This document shows, one piece after another, positions 24,197 to 35,518 of a stretch of 64,000 nucleotides of DNA. A model generated the notes under the pieces. That model worked only from the letters and a program-made list of their open reading frames with translations, was not told the DNA's origin and ran no database searches. The translations under genes were made by a program, and so were the position numbers. This DNA comes from Minutocellus sp. GHC0000111 (taxonomy: Eukaryota): the NCBI GenBank assembly GCA_977018835.1, contig OZ361260.1, forward strand, positions 1,798,001 to 1,862,000, written 5' to 3'. Numbering within the stretch: position 1 is the first letter of the stretch; each line of letters begins with the position of its first letter.

Positions 24197-26902
24197 TTAA
24201 ACCATTGAGCCAGACCGTTCAATGCTGAAATCGCCTTCTTCTTCCTCTTCACCACTTTCTTCTCTCCCAAAAGATCGAACCTCCGAGATCCTCTCCATCC
24301 CCAAGGGTGTATTGGTTGTGATATCGATAGCAACATTTGGATTGCGATTGCTTGCTTCGAGGTTTCTCATGCTCGGTGTAGATCGAGATCTACGCATTGA
24401 ACTGGCATTTGACGCTCCAGGAATTCCATCAGCATCATGACTGGTGTGCGCCAATTTGTCCAAATGTTCTACACTTGCGCTCACGAGCACTGCGCCAGTA
24501 CTGGCTCCTGTATTTTTAGATGTACCGCCGACGCGTCTCAGTGTAGGAATAAAGCTCTTCATTGTGCCAGCCGAAGGACGTCTTAGCGCACCTCGACCTC
24601 TCATTGGCTTACCGGTGGCCGGTGTGTTGGAAGGAACGGCAACATTATCCGGTGGAGACACTACGCCAGAAGTATCCGTAGCTCGGCCCATCACCTCATC
24701 ATGCTTATGGCCGGAAGTTGAATCGCTATCAGAAATATAGGATGGAGAGCCACGCCTTCGAGCCTTCTCTTCCTCCTGCTGCTGCTTATGATAGTCCCGC
24801 TGCAAATCCAGAAGTTTCCTCTCTTCATGATCTCTCCTGACATGCTTGCGGTGAAGATGCGCATCTCTTCGCACCTCCTCGTCATCGATAGATCGTTGCC
24901 ACTGGTTGTACTGCTCTTGACCTAAATACGCCACTGAATTCCACTCTAATGTCTTCATGAATCTCTTGAAGTGAAAAGCAACATGGCTTGGCTCGGCCTG
25001 AAGATTGAATCCAAGCGCAGCAAATACTCCGAATTCGGCAGCGAAGAGACTCTCCAAAGATATTCCCCAATCATGTGCAAAGAAGTCCAAGAGGGACGCA
25101 AACTGATTCTTCCCAGCCTCGGTCGGTTTGATGAAGGAGGGCAGTATTTTGCTCTTTTTCGTTTCCTCACGTTGACCAGACACCTCTCGAGTCTGAGCGT
25201 GCACAATGTGAGAATTCCTTTCATTCATCTTGGCAGCCAACAAAAGACAAACGGCGAAAACAAGCCTCCTATTGCTCTTGTCAACACGGCAATCAAGAGC
25301 CAGCCTTTCGAAGTACACACAGGCAAGCGCAACACTGGATACTTCCATCTTTGCCCGAACACACGCAATGAGAGCTTGTTGCTTTAACCGCCGTATCTTG
25401 GAGAGCGTCAAACTAGGAGGCATGCGGATAGTATCGACTTCAGCAGATGTCGAGCCTTTCCTGCGCCGGATTTCTCCAGCATCATCGTCCGACTTCTGGC
25501 GTTGTAAGCCATCTTTGCCTGGGAACTCTGTGGGGTCTGAGAGTGTATAAACGCCATCTATTACCTTCGCGCCAATATATTTCCGTTGCTCCTTTGCTGG
25601 CTCCCAACCATCAAAGCGTTCCTTGAACTGTTTATTGAGATCTGCTTTGAGCTGACTTGGCTTGACAAATTGTATAGTAGACGAAACGACACATCCCGTT
25701 GCACGATCTCCAACCATGACATGTCGATGCCGCCCTTGGACCATATCTGGGTCATCGACGAAGCCAGGAACGTATCCATCGCTATCCTCCGATGACGATG
25801 AAGACATGGATACCGTATCATCATGATCAACACTCGATTCATCGCCACTGCTCGCAACGGTAGCCGTTGCCGAGTGTCGTTCAGCGCCGCTCATCCTTCG
25901 ACAGGCCTCCCTCTGGTTGGATCGTCGCCTATCTCGCAGCGTCCGCCGGAATCCACGATTCTTCTTGTGGACCCGAGGAAGCAAAGCGCGATACGATATG
26001 CCTCTCCAATCTCGCTCGGGCATGACAAACTGCGTGCCACCTCCACCACGTTCCTCCAGCTTCTTTCTACGACGCGCGGCCTCCTCCTTCCGAGGTTCGT
26101 ATTTTATCACACTGAATACACCTGCAGGATACGATGCTTTTGCACTCAGAAATGCCCGGCCATCTAACAACCCCTGGCGATGCTCATCATAATCATCACC
26201 TTGCTCTAGACCATGGGCTGTCCGAATCTCCCATTCTCGGACAGCTGCCTGCCGTGCTACCCCGGTCCGATTCGACATGAGCATTTCTACCGTGATCACA
26301 TCTCGTGGTATCTTCACAACCGTCGCCTCCCGCCCTTCCAGTCTTCTACCCGGCGCCACGCGAGGAGCTGTCGCCGGCGTTGCTTGTGCAGACGTTGATA
26401 AGGCTTGCTGCGATGGCGTTGGTTGGAGAGCCGATCGTATGCCTACACCTTCAGCTGGTGTCCCATCCGGTGTGGTAGCACTGCTTGTACCCGTGTGCTC
26501 TTCGGATGGCCGTTCCAATTCCTTCTCTTCCAATTCCAACCTAGCGCGATGAGCTGCAGCAGTGTCTTTTCCACCAGCTGCAATCTCTCCCTTGTTGATT
26601 ACCCTCTCCCACCATCGTGGGCCGGAACCTCCAGCAACGGCGGCCGACGATTGGGGTTGTCCGCCGACCGACACATGGTCCAACGCCCCGATCCCAGCAA
26701 GACCAATGGAACCATCAACACCGACACCAACAGCTGCAGCGGCCGCACCGCCAGCACCGGTATTGCTCAGACCGGCGCGGACGATGGACTCTTCGCTCTC
26801 CAATGGGATATTGGTGAGAAAGTCGAGCGCAGCAATTTCTCTTGTCGCCCAGCGCGACGTAGCACCGGCTGTCCCGTCGGCGGGAGCCGTCGCTCGATAC
26901 AT
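24197..26902 (-). CDS. Cables-like (CDK5/ABL substrate) cyclin-fold protein
   Basis: N-terminal AALDFLTNI, DDPDMVQGRHR, LNKQFKERF, PPSLTLSKIRRLK, and cyclin box ALACVYFERL...CLLLAAKMN...EFGVFAALGF. Confidence 0.82.
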   Translation of the reverse strand: MYRATAPADGTAGATSRWATREIAALDFLTNIPLESEESIVRAGLSNTGAGGAAAAAVGVGVDGSIGLAGIGALDHVSVGGQPQSSAAVAGGSGPRWWERVINKGEIAAGGKDTAAAHRARLELEEKELERPSEEHTGTSSATTPDGTPAEGVGIRSALQPTPSQQALSTSAQATPATAPRVAPGRRLEGREATVVKIPRDVITVEMLMSNRTGVARQAAVREWEIRTAHGLEQGDDYDEHRQGLLDGRAFLSAKASYPAGVFSVIKYEPRKEEAARRRKKLEERGGGGTQFVMPERDWRGISYRALLPRVHKKNRGFRRTLRDRRRSNQREACRRMSGAERHSATATVASSGDESSVDHDDTVSMSSSSSEDSDGYVPGFVDDPDMVQGRHRHVMVGDRATGCVVSSTIQFVKPSQLKADLNKQFKERFDGWEPAKEQRKYIGAKVIDGVYTLSDPTEFPGKDGLQRQKSDDDAGEIRRRKGSTSAEVDTIRMPPSLTLSKIRRLKQQALIACVRAKMEVSSVALACVYFERLALDCRVDKSNRRLVFAVCLLLAAKMNERNSHIVHAQTREVSGQREETKKSKILPSFIKPTEAGKNQFASLLDFFAHDWGISLESLFAAEFGVFAALGFNLQAEPSHVAFHFKRFMKTLEWNSVAYLGQEQYNQWQRSIDDEEVRRDAHLHRKHVRRDHEERKLLDLQRDYHKQQQEEEKARRRGSPSYISDSDSTSGHKHDEVMGRATDTSGVVSPPDNVAVPSNTPATGKPMRGRGALRRPSAGTMKSFIPTLRRVGGTSKNTGASTGAVLVSASVEHLDKLAHTSHDADGIPGASNASSMRRSRSTPSMRNLEASNRNPNVAIDITTNTPLGMERISEVRSFGREESGEEEEEGDFSIERSGSMV

Positions 26903-27308
26903 TCTTGTTGCAGTCTACCGCACCGTAATATCCAAGCGGCGAAAAGTTCCGGTGAGCAGCGAGCGGCGGTACGTGTAGCAGTTCCGGTCGATCCGACACA
27001 TCTTGTGATGAGTGATGAGCGTGGTGAGCGCACGCGCACCGTGGGGCCTCTCAGCTCTGACATCACAATTACATCTTCGGAAGCTCCAAGCCGTAGCCGC
27101 CCCGCCAGCCAGCCAAGCGATCGACGCGACGGCCTGCCGCCAGCAAAATCGGGCACTTGTTGACAGCTTTCTTGGCCTACATGATGTATTACAATACCAA
27201 AAGTAGAACTCACATACGCTCTATTTGACATCTAAAGATACGTGCATAGGATTCATATGGAAAGCTACAGGGCCAGCAATCATTCCTCGCAATCACTAGG
27301 AATTAGAT

Positions 27309-28967
27309 TTAATTCCTACATGCATCATCAAATTGATAACCTCCCTTGGGGACGACGACCTCCATGAAGTCGCAGCTAAGCTGTATTTCACTGATGCCTT
27401 CGTTCGTCTCTTTGGCCTTGCGCACGACGTCTTCTAGTTCATCTGCCGAAAGTGCTGGGCTTATGTGGTTGAGCAAAAGAGTTTTAGCACCCAACTCCTT
27501 GGCCAGAGCTCCAGCCATGGAAGCGGTGGCATGACCTCTCGCGAATGCCTTGCTTTCGTCGTCCGATATCGTCGCCTCATGCACCAAAACATCAGCATCG
27601 TAACACAGGGCAGCCATCTCCGGTGGCACGGCGCAATTGTCCCCGATGATTACAAACTTTCGAGGCGCTACATGCTCGAGCAATACATCCTCAGGATCGA
27701 CCATATGAGATTCATCGTCCGATAAGACGGCAATGCCTTTCTTGAGATCTCGGTACTTTCGCCCTGGCTGTATACCCAAGGCTTTGGCCTTTTCAGGATC
27801 GATGTTACGCTGTGGGGTCATTTCCTCCACCACATACCCAAACGTCTGCACGCCAGGACAATGATCGACCTCTCCTGCGTATACATGAAACTCTTTGCTC
27901 TGGCCACGCCAATCATCGTTCAAGGAACTTTCATCCGGAGCATGCAATGTCCAATATCCCTCTTCATTCCTTTCAATGGTCTTTCTGCGAAGGCCCGGCG
28001 ATCTAATTTCCGGATAGTTTTGCAAAAAGACATTTCGCTCTCGCCGAAACCGATGTTTTTGGGCAGCGTTTGTGCTTTGTTTCTGCGACGCCTGCCTTTG
28101 AGGTCCCTTTTCGTGTTTTCCTCCCATCAGTTCATGAACCACGACCGTCAACGATCTCATTTGCGCATAGGACAGCGCCAGCATCATGGAAATGAAATTG
28201 TAAGTTCCCGCAGGGCCATATATGTTGACAACTGGACGCTCCTTCCGGCTGAACCTGCCCCTATCTTCCAATGACGCCGACGCCGAATTTTGCATGGGAA
28301 GCAAAAGTCCCGCCAGACCGTACACATGATCGCCATGCAGATGGGTGATGAATATGTTGGTAAAGTCAAGCGGTTTCATCCGGCTCAGACACAGCTGCCT
28401 CTGTACCCCCTCCGATGCATCGAAGAGGAAGGCCTGTCCGCCCAATCGCAGGGCCGTGGCCGACGACAGCTGGTCCACCGATTGCACACCGCCTGACCCA
28501 GTCCCTAAAAACGACACCACAAATCCACCGTGGTCCTCCAATTTGGCATTCCCCTCAGAGAGTACGGCATTACAATTCCTCTGCGACGAAACATCGAGGG
28601 ATGATTTGATGTACGGGGCCAACGTTGGGTTGACAGCATCGGGCGAGTTCATGGCACCCTTGTTGGTGAATGTAATGGACGTCTTCGTTTGATAGTGGCG
28701 CCTCCCAAAGTTTCGAGAATCTGTTGAAAGATTCGTTGCATGATTTCTGCCAATATTCATTTCAGTCCACGGTCTACACCGACTCCTTAGGCTCACATCC
28801 CTGCGAGACATGTGTATGGTTGCAGTTTTGTCGTTCCTACTGCATGCAAAGGTGCTTGTAGGCCAACCTGTGGTGTAAAGTCGCCTCAGGCTGCTGCTGC
28901 TGCTGCTACCAGCGCTGCTGCTACCAGCGCTGCTGCTGCCGATGATGCCGCTCAGAGCACGACGCAT
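27309..28967 (-). CDS. rnz: ribonuclease Z (short form, organelle-targeted N-extension)
   Basis: FLGTGSG, LFDASEG, ITHLHGDH, GP-rich exosite (GIQPG..Y..LKKG), GDN, LVHEAT, GHAT and LNHIS. Confidence 0.92.
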   Translation of the reverse strand: MRRALSGIIGSSSAGSSSAGSSSSSSLRRLYTTGWPTSTFACSRNDKTATIHMSRRDVSLRSRCRPWTEMNIGRNHATNLSTDSRNFGRRHYQTKTSITFTNKGAMNSPDAVNPTLAPYIKSSLDVSSQRNCNAVLSEGNAKLEDHGGFVVSFLGTGSGGVQSVDQLSSATALRLGGQAFLFDASEGVQRQLCLSRMKPLDFTNIFITHLHGDHVYGLAGLLLPMQNSASASLEDRGRFSRKERPVVNIYGPAGTYNFISMMLALSYAQMRSLTVVVHELMGGKHEKGPQRQASQKQSTNAAQKHRFRRERNVFLQNYPEIRSPGLRRKTIERNEEGYWTLHAPDESSLNDDWRGQSKEFHVYAGEVDHCPGVQTFGYVVEEMTPQRNIDPEKAKALGIQPGRKYRDLKKGIAVLSDDESHMVDPEDVLLEHVAPRKFVIIGDNCAVPPEMAALCYDADVLVHEATISDDESKAFARGHATASMAGALAKELGAKTLLLNHISPALSADELEDVVRKAKETNEGISEIQLSCDFMEVVVPKGGYQFDDACRN

Positions 28968-30123
28968 GCTTACGCTTGGTGGCGTAGAATCGGACCAATC
29001 GATGAAGGCTTAGCAAACGCCGGCCGAGAAATGAGTGGCATTGCAACATGCAACTAATTGTACCAAAGACCAAAGCTTCGTGTGACGGACAGACGAAACT
29101 GTCCATAAGTGTTGCAAAGTGTTTTTCTTCGCACTTCGTTGGTTGTTGCGGGCCAACAACCTCCACCCCTTGCGAAATCGGCCCGGTCTCCCCTTTGGTA
29201 CATAGCGTGAGTGACAACTCTGCGGCAGGCGAAGGTATTGGTTTTGCCCGGACGCTTTGTCGGGGGCGGAGCGGAGGGTATTTCTCCGGCGGCGCCGTCG
29301 CATGCGTAATTATGGAGTCATTCCCACGACCGGAGATTTTGTGTGCTGGCGTGGTCCGGGCTCCCCGGAGACATGGGTCGTTTTGGTTGGTGTGCAAGTC
29401 CTCGGGCATGGATACCCGCCGGTCTGACCCTTCCGTAATATGCTACGGGGTGCAGAACGGCGGTCCGCGGCGCTGTTTGAGGTGCTTCATTGGGCAGGGG
29501 GCCGGTATCTTATCCGCGGTCATGGGGTCTTGGCTGGCTGGCCGAAGTCACCCGGAAACATCGGGCTGAGCTGGAAGTCCTTCCTTGAACGCTCTCATCA
29601 CTCTCTCTCTCTGTCCTCTTTCTCTCGCCACGCGTGCAGACGTCCTACGTCCATCCATCATTGCTACGTATCCGAGGGAAAGAACGAGACCGCCGCATTT
29701 TTCTCCCTTGACTTGACCCACCGAAGACAGCACAAGCGTCGGTAACGGTTGGTCGGTTAGTTTCACTTGGGTCCTCTGTCCCAACGGTCAACGTACAAAT
29801 CGTCCACCGGATTCGCACTCCACGCTCGTTTAAGTACCAGCGCGTCGGTGGCAGTCCAAGTGGAAGTTGATTTCTACTTTGTCAGAGACCTTACGGAAAA
29901 AAGTAACGGAACGGCGAGTTGACGTGACTTTTGACCCTCCCATCTCCTGAAATCGGTCGGGTTTGTAATACCGCTCTTGGGCGTGCCACGGAATTTTTGA
30001 AGGATAGTTTCTAGTTAGTAGCAACCTCAACCTTCTGCCGAACGCACGGGTATTACTGCAATTGATTTTGGGGAGTGGCGATTGTGAAAAAGAGGGATAA
30101 TATTTTTTCTGAGAACTTGATAA

Positions 30124-32335
30124 ATGGAAGTTGGAAGTCGAATTTCGTCGGAAAAGGCACATCTTGGAGTGGAAGTCTCAAAGACGTCGGACACGATCAC
30201 ATCTCTTTCCGGGAAGACCACAGTGGACGTCGGTGCGTCCGGTAGTGCCAACAGCAGCAGCAACAGCACCAGTCGGAGTGATTCAGTGGGAATGGCGACT
30301 GCGACGGCACAGATGGTCCAGCCCCCACCCCCGCCGCCCGCGGGACAGCCTCAGTCGCAGCAGCAGCGTCGGCGTCCGCCCCCACCCCCCGGTGCCAAGC
30401 CCCCTCCGCCTCCTGGTCCACCACCGCAGGCAGGACCAAAGAAGCGTCCTCCTCCGCCGCCCCCAGCTCCTCCAGCGGGTGCATCCCGCCCTGGAGCTGG
30501 AGCTGGCTTCTCGGCGGCCGGGAAGTCGGATCATGAACAGAAGCGCCGTCGAAGAGCGTCGGTTTCCATTATGGCACCAAAGAAGCTCCGGGACGTTACC
30601 GTCTTCCAAAAGAAGCATCAGGTTGGCCAGGGAACCTACGGGTGAGTCTCGTGACCTTTTCTATATCGGAACAGAGATCGAGGCTTTGGTTGCAAGGATA
30701 ACGTGCGCTGTGTGATGCGACTACTGATACCAGCATTCTTGACTTGTTGTGCTGTTTGAATGTATGTTTTGTCTCACGCCTTCTTCATAACCCATACTCG
30801 TATGAAATACGCCCCAGGAGCGTCTTTATGGGCGCCGATCGGGATACTGGCGAGGTAGTGGCGCTGAAGCGTATCAACACCGAGCAAGAGGAGAATGGGT
30901 TCCCCATCACCGCCATCCGCGAGGTGAAGATCCTCAAGGCTCTCAACCATCCGAACATTGTCAACCTCAAGGAGATTGTGACCTCCAAAGGTGCGATTTA
31001 TTGTTGTTGGATTTGGATTGACTTTGCCTTTTGATGCACTTGGGGTATAATGAGGGTCGTTTGGCAGTGTTTTGTTGTGTGTCGGGTGCCGGGGTCGTAT
31101 CAAGGTCGGGCCAGAAGGGCGCATAGAAACCTTTTGTTTGGTCGGCGGCGAGATTTTCGCGTTCATCTGCCTCAGCTTGGCAGCAATGCCATTTGGAACG
31201 AGACGGGGCGCAGTTCAACTCGCCAAGAGTACATTAAGCGGGAGACTCTATCACGGCGCATCCTTTATTGACTATGGATGAATCGAATAAACGCCCCGCA
31301 ACAATTCTTGTCGATATTTGAACCGTTATCATTGAGATGAAAGTGAACTAACTTTCTCCTCATTCTATCTCTTTTCTCACTGCCCCCGTGATGTGAATAC
31401 CATCGTGTACTGGCAACATCACAGAGGCTGGAGAGATCCCGAAGAACGTGTTCATGGTGTTCGAGTATTCCGAGTATGACCTTACCGGCATTTTGGAGAC
31501 ACCCGACATCCGCCTGTCGCAGGATCACATCAAATCCTGGTCGCAGCAGCTCCTCTCTGGAGTGCACTACATGCATACCAACAGGATCATCCACCGCGAT
31601 CTCAAGGCTTCCAATCTTCTCATCAACAGGAAGGGTGAGCTGAAGATTGCCGATTGGGGTTTGGCGAGGTCCTGGAATCCCGAGATGAAGAGGCTGACGA
31701 ACAAGGTCATTACGCTGTGGTACCGCCCTCCCGAGCTCTTGCTGGGTTGCCAGGTTTACTCACCCAAGATCGACATGTGGAGCGTTGGATGCATCGTCGC
31801 GGAAATGTTTCGTCGGACTGCCTTCCTCAAGGGCTCGAGTGACCCTACTCAACTGGACCTCATCTTCCGAATGCTGGGCCACCCCACCACCAAGGCCTGG
31901 CCAAACATTCACAAGGTTTGCCCTCTGTGGAAGAAGTACGAGCCGCAGCGCGGAGAAACGGTCCTTCCCAACAAGCTTCGTGAGAATCTCAAGAAGGGTG
32001 TTCCTCATCCCAGCTGGATGACGGATCATGCCATGGATCTCATCGGCAAGCTGCTCGAGTGCAACCCTGAGGAGCGCTGGTCCGCACAGCATGCCCTTAC
32101 TGCCGAATATTTCTTCGAGAATCCGCTTGTGAAGCCTGCCGAGAAGCTTTCGATGAAGTTCGGAGTCGACAGCGTTCATGAGTGGGAGGCTCGAAAGAAG
32201 CACGAGGTTATCATGGCCCAGAGGAGGGAGCAGATGCAGGCCATGTCAGCAGGCGGGGCCAGGACGAAGCCTCGCCCGCCTCCTCCCGCTGGTGGTCCCC
32301 CTCGTGGCCGTCCTCATCCGCCACCGCCCAAGTAA
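30124..32335 (+). CDS. cyclin-dependent kinase, CDKC/CDK9-12 class, 3 exons (30124-30641, 30818-30990, 31425-32335)
   Basis: GQGTYG|SV, VALKRI, PITAIRE cyclin-binding motif, HRDLKASN, DWGLAR and VITLWYRPPELL. Both GT-AG introns are in phase. The start could instead be the downstream Met at 30292. Confidence 0.93.
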
Positions 32336-32642
32336 TTCTTCCAGAAAAATACATGTACAAATACTTTCCAAATGCTTGATGGATGAAGGGTGTATTATAT
32401 CAGTAGTCCTTTGCCACCTTTGCCAAAAAAACAACAACAAAAAAATACAATCACACCAATACGAATCACTCACTGCCCTGAAGCAATGGCTCTTGGCATC
32501 CCAATTTTCGTTTGAGCGTTCTTGTCGTGGACCCCCCGCTATGCAAATACAGATACCAACACGTATATTGCGAGGGATCAGCGCTCTCGCCTCAAACAAA
32601 ACGCACCTGTAGATGGATAAAAATAGGACTTACATGTGTGTT

Positions 32643-35226
32643 TCAATTCATTATCAGCAGTCGGCGTGAGTTAGGACGGCTGGATGTACCCGTCCGCCCT
32701 ATTGTTTGGAAGATACTCTGACGAGATCCACACGCCAGTCGTTTTGCCATTTCGGCCTCTAGGTCCAAATTATTATTGGGATAGTAGTGGTTGAGGTATG
32801 CGCTGCCACGACGGCGGTAGAGTTGGTGCATCGCTAGGAGGCGGGTAAAGTCTCGCTGGGCCAAAAGATCGTATGGTTTGACGTTTCTGAGATTGGCAGG
32901 TGTCGAGTTGTTCCAACTGTGTATGGATAACGGAAGAGAAGAAATGGTTTCAGGTATTGATTGAAAGCACCAAGTATGCAAGCATCATCCAATGCAAGTG
33001 CGTAGCAGACAAACTTACCTGGGATAGCGGCAATTGACTACAGTTGTTTTGGGACTCCAACAATTTTCTGTGGCCATTTTCCCCGTTAACCCGCCCCATG
33101 AAGTGCCCAAAGCTGAAAATTCCTTGACCGGTTCGAGTTCCAGGTAATCCTTGGCATTGGTCTTCATAACGCGAAATTCCTCCCTGCACTCTTCAAGGGC
33201 CTCGGTGAATGTCTCCAAGGAATATTCGAATCCATCCTCAGCCTCCAGTCTCTCAGAATGCTGCTTTTTCCAAACTGTCCTTGCTAGATTGGGATGGTTG
33301 TGTTGATCACTCGATGAGGACGAAACCAGCGTCTACCCAACGACTGTTACGAGATAGTCCCGCGCAATGAGGATGTGAATCAGGGCAGAAAGGTGGTCCT
33401 TTTTCTCGAGCAAATCAAAGAAGGCATCGTTGGTGTTGTTGAGATCGTGCTTGGCACCTGCATACTGCTGAGAGGCGATGAGCCATTGCTTAATGCTGCT
33501 ATAATAGCTAATACCATAGCGACCTTCCACACGATCCTTGATCTTCTCGAGGACTTTCTTAATCCGTCCCTGACTCCCTTCGATTAGAGTTGTGAGGAAG
33601 GAGAACGAAAGAAATTCATCTCCATTTGTATGAAGCTGGATCGCTTGGGTCCAAGGAGGTCGCGGAAAAGTTCAATTCATTTGGTTTCGCAGACCCTTAT
33701 CAATGTCTAAATCCAGAGCATGAAGGAGTTTGCATATCCCTCTGTGCAAATGATTTCGAAGAACTGATGGGTTTTTATGAACGGACTTACCCAAAATCTG
33801 GCGGTTTGCAGACCCAGCGTACCATCGTTCTGTTGCAATACATGTTGTACAGCTACGGAGTCCACGGAAACTTCGTCCCGGTCCGGATTGAGTATCTCTT
33901 GTCTCTATGGCAAGTAGGATACAAAAAGGCAGTCATTTCATCTGGAGTTTTGGACAGAATTGGTATGGACTCGCATCTCATTCGTTTATTTAGACTCTGG
34001 AAATTTGTATGTACAGGTAAACGAAAGCGCAAGGACGACAAGGCGTGGAAATATCCGGAGAGCCAGGCCGAAGCTTGGATAGATGAGGATCTTAGGAGTC
34101 GATGCAACAATAATCTGGTAACGATGTGCCAGATGCTGCAGAAGACGACAAGCAGAAATAGGAACAAGAACGCCGACATGAAACTTGTAACGGTGGCGAT
34201 TGAGATGCTAAAGGAAATCCACGCCGCCGATAGCCGGTTTCACCATTATGTAGAAAAATGGCGAGTTGAATATGGAGTCACTGATGAAGAATGGAGCATC
34301 AGCGGCCCATCTGGTGGCCTGTTCCAGGAGGATAATTCAGATGAATCTGACAGTACGGGTAAAGGCAGTGATCCCATTTCTAATGGCACAGAGAAATGGA
34401 ACGACTGGTACTACAAGTACAGAAGTAAAAAATAAACACATTAACTCATGTCTAGCTACATTCTGATGCTGTACATGTGCTCTAGTAGAACAATGATCTC
34501 CCCTTCTCTCACCACCGATCACCAAACAGCTACAAAACTCACCCTCTTCTCCACGAACGACAGCATGTACTTGGACTGGTACGCCAGATTGAACACCGCC
34601 CGCGCACTGGGGAGCATCTCAAAAACCAGCCGGATTGCCTCCTTGGGCAGTGCATCGAAGGCCGGACAACCCTCGGCAGGTGGCTGGCAGGGGTAGTCAT
34701 CGTCCCCGTAGCCTCGTTCCAGCCGCAGCCGCTTCTCGGACCGTTCATGGACACCCCGTTCCTCGTGACGGGCCAGCAGCCGCTCGAACTCCCGGTCGGT
34801 CATGGTGTCGGCGTAGGTGAAGCCGATTGTAGCCGTCGTTGAGATATTTTTGGCCGTCGCGGTGACTGTGGTAGCAGTGGCAGCGGTGGTATTTCCGTCG
34901 CCTGACAGGAGGAGGGACTGCAGAGGCAGACGAGAGCGCTTCCGAAGGGAGTACCGCGAGGTTGCAGTGGTGCCAGTGCCAGTGCCGGAGCTACTACTGG
35001 TGGTATTGGCAGTGGCAGTAGCATCCGCCTCGTTGTTCTCTTCGTTTGACATCTCCATTTCTTCGTTGGTTGGGTCCCCTTGCTGACCAGCAGCAGTATT
35101 GCCATGCTGCTGCTGCTGTCCTGCCTCCGCGGCTGCCAATAATTCAACACCGCCGGCGACTGCGATATTCATGGCTTCGTGGCCGCCGCCAGCACCGATG
35201 TGGCCTGCTGCTTCGGCGTTCATCAT
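32643..35226 (-). pseudogene. disrupted F-box-like gene: exon 1 35226-34543, C-terminal remnant ~33620-32643
   Basis: F-box-like AFDALPKEAIRLVFEMLPSARAVFNLA then a GTGAGT donor. Downstream minus-strand frame 33530-33019 has an in-frame TAG (33335-33333) and a clean intron 33018-32917. The middle is occupied by an antisense ORF. Confidence 0.55.
33626..34435 (+). pseudogene. 5'-truncated, divergent HhH-GPD / endonuclease III-like fragment
   Basis: IGMDSHLIRLFRLWKFV...PESQAEAWIDEDLRSRCNNNLVTMCQ parallels Nth I.VDTHV.R...PE.....LE.WLP...W..IN..LV.FGQ. No ATG start. Confidence 0.5.
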
Positions 35227-35518
35227 CTTGCAAAGGCTGAGTGACGAAATGAGAAAGCTGAGGCAGCTCGCCGAGGGCGGGGCTGATTGCAAGATCAGGT
35301 CGCTGTACTTTTAGCAGGAATCTTCGTACACGTACGTACGTGATGGTACGTACGTCAACACGTCAGTCTGCTCTGATCTCTGCTCTCGCTTGACGCCATC
35401 GCCGTCGCGACAGCTCTGGCGCGCAACTCGTCTCACTTTTCTTCGGTGCGGTCTCCGCCAGTGCCGTCAGCTTCGTTCTACGAGTATTTAGCTTACTTGC
35501 TCCTACTGGTACGACAAC

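Noticed and set aside
28990..30120. ORFs in the RNase Z / CDK intergenic region
   Set aside because: Overlapping short ORFs on both strands without domain signal or codon bias; likely promoter/UTR.
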